64,000 nt of DNA from TPA_inf: Saccharomyces (taxonomy: Eukaryota), in the NCBI GenBank assembly GCA_000146045.2, contig BK006946.2, forward strand, positions 192,001 to 256,000, written 5' to 3'. This document shows positions 58,601-64,000 of the stretch, piece by piece. The notes beneath the pieces were generated by a model. It saw nothing but the letters and a program-made list of their open reading frames with translations. It was not told the DNA's origin and made no database searches. Numbering within the stretch: position 1 is the stretch's first letter; the number at the start of each line of letters is the position of its first letter. The position numbers and the translations under genes were made by a program.

Positions 58601-58868
58601 AGCCTGGGGTAACAAATCAAGTTGGGGCGGTGCATCCACTTGGGCGTCGGGTGGTGAATCTAATGGTGCCATGTCTACTTGGGGTGGTACCGGTGATAGG
58701 TCAGCCTACGGCGGGGCTTCCACCTGGGGAGGAAATAACAATAATAAAAGTACAAGAGATGGCGGAGCTTCTGCATGGGGTAACCAAGACGATGGAAATA
58801 GGTCTGCTTGGAACAACCAAGGAAATAAGTCAAACTATGGTGGTAACAGTACATGGGGAGGTCATTAA
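55677..58868 (+). CDS. SPT5: Transcription elongation factor Spt5 (DSIF large subunit), 1063 aa
   Basis: The ORF track starts at GTG 55668; the ATG is at 55677 (MSDNSDTNV). It has an acidic N-terminus, NGN and multiple KOW domains, and a C-terminal repeat region of S-[TA]-W-G-G-[AQ] hexapeptides. Confidence 0.93.
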   Translation: MSDNSDTNVSMQDHDQQFADPVVVPQSTDTKDENTSDKDTVDSGNVTTTESTERAESTSNIPPLDGEEKEAKSEPQQPEDNAETAATEQVSSSNGPATDDAQATLNTDSSEANEIVKKEEGSDERKRPREEDTKNSDGDTKDEGDNKDEDDDEDDDDDDDDEDDDDEAPTKRRRQERNRFLDIEAEVSDDEDEDEDEEDSELVREGFITHGDDEDDEASAPGARRDDRLHRQLDQDLNKTSEEDAQRLAKELRERYGRSSSKQYRAAAQDGYVPQRFLLPSVDTATIWGVRCRPGKEKELIRKLLKKKFNLDRAMGKKKLKILSIFQRDNYTGRIYIEAPKQSVIEKFCNGVPDIYISQKLLIPVQELPLLLKPNKSDDVALEEGSYVRIKRGIYKGDLAMVDQISENNLEVMLKIVPRLDYGKFDEIDPTTQQRKSRRPTFAHRAPPQLFNPTMALRLDQANLYKRDDRHFTYKNEDYIDGYLYKSFRIQHVETKNIQPTVEELARFGSKEGAVDLTSVSQSIKKAQAAKVTFQPGDRIEVLNGEQRGSKGIVTRTTKDIATIKLNGFTTPLEFPISTLRKIFEPGDHVTVINGEHQGDAGLVLMVEQGQVTFMSTQTSREVTITANNLSKSIDTTATSSEYALHDIVELSAKNVACIIQAGHDIFKVIDETGKVSTITKGSILSKINTARARVSSVDANGNEIKIGDTIVEKVGSRREGQVLYIQTQQIFVVSKKIVENAGVFVVNPSNVEAVASKDNMLSNKMDLSKMNPEIISKMGPPSSKTFQQPIQSRGGREVALGKTVRIRSAGYKGQLGIVKDVNGDKATVELHSKNKHITIDKHKLTYYNREGGEGITYDELVNRRGRVPQARMGPSYVSAPRNMATGGIAAGAAATSSGLSGGMTPGWSSFDGGKTPAVNAHGGSGGGGVSSWGGASTWGGQGNGGASAWGGAGGGASAWGGQGTGATSTWGGASAWGNKSSWGGASTWASGGESNGAMSTWGGTGDRSAYGGASTWGGNNNNKSTRDGGASAWGNQDDGNRSAWNNQGNKSNYGGNSTWGGH
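58440..58745 (+). repeat. Spt5 C-terminal repeat (CTR) region: ~15 degenerate hexapeptide repeats (S/T-W-G-G-x-x) at the DNA level
   Basis: The encoded protein shows repeated ...GGASTWGGQGNGGASAWGGAGGGASAWGGQGTGATSTWGGASAWGNKSSWGGASTWASGG... It is coding, in-frame and GC-rich. The antisense strand gives a spurious Pro/Ala-rich ORF. Confidence 0.85.
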
Positions 58869-59303
58869 TCACCAAAAGGAGAACCAATATCACCCAAGAA
58901 GAAATCAATAAAAAAGACTTTAATATTACCACGTTAATAAGAATAGTTATGAAGATTTCGATGTTTCGATGAAATACTGAATCTCGATCTTTTTTTTTCA
59001 TTTATGCTTGCATTTGTATGTCACGAGTTTTCCTTGATTCTAACTTTTACATATACGTATGTATGTATGTATGCATATGTGTTTTTGCATATCTAAATGA
59101 AATATCAACTTTATTATGAGGGAGTTGATTATTGTAATGTAATTTTATATAACTTCTTTTTCGTTAGCGGAATTTCTTTCCGTTTGAATCGTATACAAAA
59201 TGTATGTATCCATTACTTATTTACAGGATAAATGAAAAAAAATGCGTAACGTCTGCGTATTCGATGGGCTTACATGCCGGGGCTCGTGCTTATTCATATT
59301 TCT

Positions 59304-59540
<237 letters not shown>

Positions 59541-59838
59541 TTACGATGTTGTATTCTTACTATCTTCCGCTGTAGGGGAGCAGTCAATACGTTTGTATGC
59601 AGTGAATTATAGTTTTTTCTTATTCTGATAGAAAATACTGGTCGTTTGCCACGACATGATGAAAAAAAAAAAAGCCGAACTTGAAAATCACAAGTGGGAT
59701 AAATTGTGGGGTAGTAAAGGCATCGGACAGTCTGTTTGTAAGGCCTGCTAGCAATGAACGTGCTATCTTTTTATCTGCATATATAGGAAAATAGGTATAT
59801 ATCGTGCGCTTTATTTGAATCTTATTGATCTAGTGAAT

Positions 59839-60990
59839 TTATTGAGTTGCTTCTTGGGAAGTTTGGGAGGGGGTTTCGGCGTTTTCTGGCTTCCTAGCGA
59901 CGAAAAGCATCATTGGAGTGAATAACTTGGACTTACCACCGGCAACTAAACCAACCGCAGCATTTTCTAGAGCAGCAGTAACTTCCTTGGAACCTTCTGG
60001 GGCTAGACCTAATTTTTCCATTACAGTAACCATTGCTGTAGTAAATTGTCTACCCAAGTAAGAAGTTCTGAAAAATGTGGCCAAATTAGCTAAGTTTTGA
60101 ACGTACTTCCACTCACCAGTTAATGGGTAATACCAAGGGATTTCATCATCATTGTCCGCCAGGTCTTCGCTAACGAGGACTTCGAAACCACAGTTCTTCA
60201 ATGCTTTCCTAGCCACGTCGACATGGAACATCTTTGGGATACCATCACCTAGTTCAATTTCATAAGCGATCTTTCTATGTTCAGGATTGTTTTCGTCATA
60301 TTTATCAGTCATTACCCATTCGTAAACAGCAAAGGTACCACCCGGTTTCAAAACCTTGTAGATTTCGCTGTATACACCTTCTAATTTTGGAGCGTGACAT
60401 GTGGCCTCAATTGCATAAACTTTGTCGAAAGTGTTTTCTTCGAAATCCATTTTCATGAAATCACCCTTTACAAAGTCCATTTGGTCACTCAAATTGTATT
60501 TTTTAGCGTAATATTTTGCCTTGGCAATTTGGTAATCGTTATTGTTTAGACCGATGACGTTACAACCGGTAAATCTTGCAATCTCTCTTGCTGGGCCCCC
60601 AACACCACAACCAACGTCGAGAACTAAATCGCCTCTTTGAATACCAGCCTTGTAAGCTAAATAATGTTCATGTCTTGCTATCGAGGCAGCGAAACTCTCA
60701 CCTTTATAAAATCTGCTGAAATGGAAAGAGGAACCCCAACCATATTCATAGAAATCTGTAACGACGTTATAGTAGGAATGTGTGGCTTCATTATAATCCT
60801 CAAGACGACGTTCTTCGGCATCTTTATCGGTTCTACCATCCCAATTTCTCAAGTACTTCTGAACGGCTTCCTTTTGGGCAGAGTTGTTCTTCGACATCAA
60901 TGCACTCAAACCTGTCTTTTTACCAATATCATCACCATGTAACTCCCTAGTGAATTGGGCCTGTCTTTTTCTCAATTCTGTTTCACTCAT
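59839..60990 (-). CDS. ERG6: Delta(24)-sterol C-methyltransferase, 383 aa
   Basis: ATG at 60990. It has SAM-MTase motif [17 protein letters not shown] and the conserved sterol-MTase region [12 protein letters not shown]. Confidence 0.95.
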
Positions 60991-61762
60991 CTTATGCTGC
61001 CTACTATATTATTATTTTATTCTTGTTTTTTTAAATTATGTAAAACTTAAATCGAAAGTAAAACAGATAAGGGAAACTTGAATGAAAATTAACAGCTTAT
61101 AAATTACAAAGACGAATGGAAAGAAAAAGAGAGCAGCAGAGGATAGGAGAAAACACCCGAACTATATAAAAAGCAATGAAGAAGTTATCGGCAACAGCAA
61201 GTATTGGAGGTTTCTCACCAATCTTCGCATAAAACGCATGCTTCGTAAGGCGATAAAAATGAAGTGTACCATTGAGACGAAGTGGAGCAGTTTACAGTGA
61301 ATAATACATTGTCTGCTCCTCACTTACTCTCGCTTCTCGAAAACTTTTTTGTATTTATCGGAAACGGCAGTAAACGACGCCAAAAATTGAAAATAAGTAC
61401 GGGAACGAGGTACCATATACGAAGATCGGGGCTTTGTTCGGCCCTAAATTTTGCTGATCTTACCCTGTTGCATCTTTTCAAAAATAGTAACCAGCCCTAG
61501 CTGTTTGGTTGATTTGACCTAGGTTACTCTTTTCTTTTTCTGGGTGCGGGTAACAATTTGGGCCCCGCCAAAGCGCCGTCTTTGTCATGGGAACCGGAAA
61601 CCCTCCGATGAAGAGTAGGAGGGTGGCAACTGATGGATGCGTAAGGTCTTAAGAGATACATTTGCTTAATAGTCTTCCGTTTACCGATTAAGCACAGTAC
61701 CTTTACGTTATATATAGGATTGGTGTTTAGCTTTTTTTCCTGAGCCCCTGGTTGACTTGTGC

Positions 61763-61783
61763 ATGAACACGAGCCATTTTTAG
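61763..61783 (+). promoter_or_regulatory. Upstream ORF in the YAP1 5' leader (AUG AAC ACG AGC CAU UUU UAG; MNTSHF*)
   Basis: A 6-codon uORF ends 64 nt upstream of the YAP1 AUG in a different frame. It is a documented uORF. Confidence 0.8.
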
Positions 61784-61847
61784 TTTGTTTAAGGGAAGTT
61801 TTTTGCCACCCAAAACGTTTAAAGAAGGAAAAGTTGTTTCTTAAACC

Positions 61848-63800
61848 ATGAGTGTGTCTACCGCCAAGAGGTCGCTGGATGTCGTTTCTCCGGGTTCATT
61901 AGCGGAGTTTGAGGGTTCAAAATCTCGTCACGATGAAATAGAAAATGAACATAGACGTACTGGTACACGTGATGGCGAGGATAGCGAGCAACCGAAGAAG
62001 AAGGGTAGCAAAACTAGCAAAAAGCAAGATTTGGATCCTGAAACTAAGCAGAAGAGGACTGCCCAAAATCGGGCCGCTCAAAGAGCTTTTAGGGAACGTA
62101 AGGAGAGGAAGATGAAGGAATTGGAGAAGAAGGTACAAAGTTTAGAGAGTATTCAGCAGCAAAATGAAGTGGAAGCTACTTTTTTGAGGGACCAGTTAAT
62201 CACTCTGGTGAATGAGTTAAAAAAATATAGACCAGAGACAAGAAATGACTCAAAAGTGCTGGAATATTTAGCAAGGCGAGATCCTAATTTGCATTTTTCA
62301 AAAAATAACGTTAACCACAGCAATAGCGAGCCAATTGACACACCCAATGATGACATACAAGAAAATGTTAAACAAAAGATGAATTTCACGTTTCAATATC
62401 CGCTTGATAACGACAACGACAACGACAACAGTAAAAATGTGGGGAAACAATTACCTTCACCAAATGATCCAAGTCATTCGGCTCCTATGCCTATAAATCA
62501 GACACAAAAGAAATTAAGTGACGCTACAGATTCCTCCAGCGCTACTTTGGATTCCCTTTCAAATAGTAACGATGTTCTTAATAACACACCAAACTCCTCC
62601 ACTTCGATGGATTGGTTAGATAATGTAATATATACTAACAGGTTTGTGTCAGGTGATGATGGCAGCAATAGTAAAACTAAGAATTTAGACAGTAATATGT
62701 TTTCTAATGACTTTAATTTTGAAAACCAATTTGATGAACAAGTTTCGGAGTTTTGTTCGAAAATGAACCAGGTATGTGGAACAAGGCAATGTCCCATTCC
62801 CAAGAAACCCATCTCGGCTCTTGATAAAGAAGTTTTCGCGTCATCTTCTATACTAAGTTCAAATTCTCCTGCTTTAACAAATACTTGGGAATCACATTCT
62901 AATATTACAGATAATACTCCTGCTAATGTCATTGCTACTGATGCTACTAAATATGAAAATTCCTTCTCCGGTTTTGGCCGACTTGGTTTCGATATGAGTG
63001 CCAATCATTACGTCGTGAATGATAATAGCACTGGTAGCACTGATAGCACTGGTAGCACTGGCAATAAGAACAAAAAGAACAATAATAATAGCGATGATGT
63101 ACTCCCATTCATATCCGAGTCACCGTTTGATATGAACCAAGTTACTAATTTTTTTAGTCCGGGATCTACCGGCATCGGCAATAATGCTGCCTCTAACACC
63201 AATCCCAGCCTACTGCAAAGCAGCAAAGAGGATATACCTTTTATCAACGCAAATCTGGCTTTCCCAGACGACAATTCAACTAATATTCAATTACAACCTT
63301 TCTCTGAATCTCAATCTCAAAATAAGTTTGACTACGACATGTTTTTTAGAGATTCATCGAAGGAAGGTAACAATTTATTTGGAGAGTTTTTAGAGGATGA
63401 CGATGATGACAAAAAAGCCGCTAATATGTCAGACGATGAGTCAAGTTTAATCAAGAACCAGTTAATTAACGAAGAACCAGAGCTTCCGAAACAATATCTA
63501 CAATCGGTACCAGGAAATGAAAGCGAAATCTCACAAAAAAATGGCAGTAGTTTACAGAATGCTGACAAAATCAATAATGGCAATGATAACGATAATGATA
63601 ATGATGTCGTTCCATCTAAGGAAGGCTCTTTACTAAGGTGTTCGGAAATTTGGGATAGAATAACAACACATCCGAAATACTCAGATATTGATGTCGATGG
63701 TTTATGTTCCGAGCTAATGGCAAAGGCAAAATGTTCAGAAAGAGGGGTTGTCATCAATGCAGAAGACGTTCAATTAGCTTTGAATAAGCATATGAACTAA
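61848..63800 (+). CDS. YAP1: bZIP oxidative-stress transcription factor, 650 aa
   Basis: ATG at 61848. The bZIP basic region is KQKRTAQNRAAQRAFRERKERKMKELEKKV. The n-CRD and c-CRD cysteines and the C-terminal NES (DIDVDGLCSELMAKAKCSERGVVINAEDVQLAL) are present. Confidence 0.95.
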   Translation: MSVSTAKRSLDVVSPGSLAEFEGSKSRHDEIENEHRRTGTRDGEDSEQPKKKGSKTSKKQDLDPETKQKRTAQNRAAQRAFRERKERKMKELEKKVQSLESIQQQNEVEATFLRDQLITLVNELKKYRPETRNDSKVLEYLARRDPNLHFSKNNVNHSNSEPIDTPNDDIQENVKQKMNFTFQYPLDNDNDNDNSKNVGKQLPSPNDPSHSAPMPINQTQKKLSDATDSSSATLDSLSNSNDVLNNTPNSSTSMDWLDNVIYTNRFVSGDDGSNSKTKNLDSNMFSNDFNFENQFDEQVSEFCSKMNQVCGTRQCPIPKKPISALDKEVFASSSILSSNSPALTNTWESHSNITDNTPANVIATDATKYENSFSGFGRLGFDMSANHYVVNDNSTGSTDSTGSTGNKNKKNNNNSDDVLPFISESPFDMNQVTNFFSPGSTGIGNNAASNTNPSLLQSSKEDIPFINANLAFPDDNSTNIQLQPFSESQSQNKFDYDMFFRDSSKEGNNLFGEFLEDDDDDKKAANMSDDESSLIKNQLINEEPELPKQYLQSVPGNESEISQKNGSSLQNADKINNGNDNDNDNDVVPSKEGSLLRCSEIWDRITTHPKYSDIDVDGLCSELMAKAKCSERGVVINAEDVQLALNKHMN

Positions 63801-64000
63801 AGCGGGAACTTTATGGAAAACTGGGTAACCGAAAGAACTTTTTCTATAATGTTACAATTAAACTTTTTTAACTTACCTTGCTTCGCCTTTTCGCCGAAAG
63901 TAGGTAGATTGTATCACCTCGGTATTTTTTTATGTACACAACCTATACTTTAAATATATTTAGACTATGTATGAATTCTCTGTATCACCTTCAATGTCAA

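Noticed and set aside
58304-58672. 122-aa Pro/Ala-rich ORF on the minus strand, with overlapping plus-strand alternate-frame ORF 58435..58911
   Set aside because: Both lie within the GC-rich Spt5 CTR repeat DNA. Repetitive codons keep the alternative frames open, so they are not genes.
60884-61500. Small ORFs (65 and 72 aa) in the ERG6-YAP1 intergenic region
   Set aside because: They have no recognisable features and non-ATG starts. The region is the YAP1 promoter and leader. A very small annotated ORF may exist here on the minus strand, but nothing in the sequence alone supports calling it.

Overview
This window reads as a contiguous, gene-dense stretch of the Saccharomyces cerevisiae nuclear genome. 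Judging by gene content and order, it is the left arm of chromosome XIII, about 192-256 kb in S288C numbering if my remembered coordinates are right. I recognise the proteins from their sequences; I could not run a search here.

Genes, left to right (strand in brackets):
- CAT2 (+)
- VPS71 (-)
- tRNA-Pro(UGG) with a 31-nt intron (-)
- one full-length Ty1 retrotransposon (+): LTR, TYA gag, +1 frameshift, TYB pol, LTR
- YMD8 (-)
- YML037C (-)
- CGI121 (+, intron)
- AMD1 (-)
- SRC1/HEH1 (+, intron with two alternative 5' splice sites)
- RAD52 (-)
- NDC1 (+)
- RCF1 (+)
- USA1 (+)
- TSA1 (+)
- YOX1 (+)
- RPS18B (-, intron)
- YML6 (-, intron)
- RPS17A (+, intron directly after the ATG)
- NSE5 (-)
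- APT1 (+)
- UNG1 (-)
- YML020W (+)
- OST6 (+)
- YML018C (-)
- PSP2 (+, 4-nt first exon)
- PPZ1 (-)
- TAF11 (-)
- TRM9 (+)
- UBX2 (+)
- ERV25 (+)
- RAD33 (-)
- SPT5 (+)
- MRPL39 (-)
- ERG6 (-)
- YAP1 (+, with its known 6-codon uORF)

Every protein length matches what I remember for the reference gene, so I see no pseudogenes. There are no CRISPR arrays or rRNA genes.

The supplied ORF track uses non-ATG starts (GTG/TTG/ATT). Several ORFs therefore begin upstream of the real ATG, and intron-containing genes appear truncated or split. I corrected the starts by locating the in-frame ATG.

I do not see an undescribed biological system here. The observations most worth a second look are:
- The Ty1 element sits next to a tRNA gene, its two LTRs differ over their last ~35 bp, and it has no target-site duplication.
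- Five genes have unusual splicing architecture (SRC1, PSP2, RPS17A, YML6, RPS18B).
- The RPS18B-YML6-RPS17A cluster is driven by Rap1 sites.
- YML020W is an uncharacterised hydrolase-like ORF.
- There are several slippage-prone simple repeats, both coding and intergenic.
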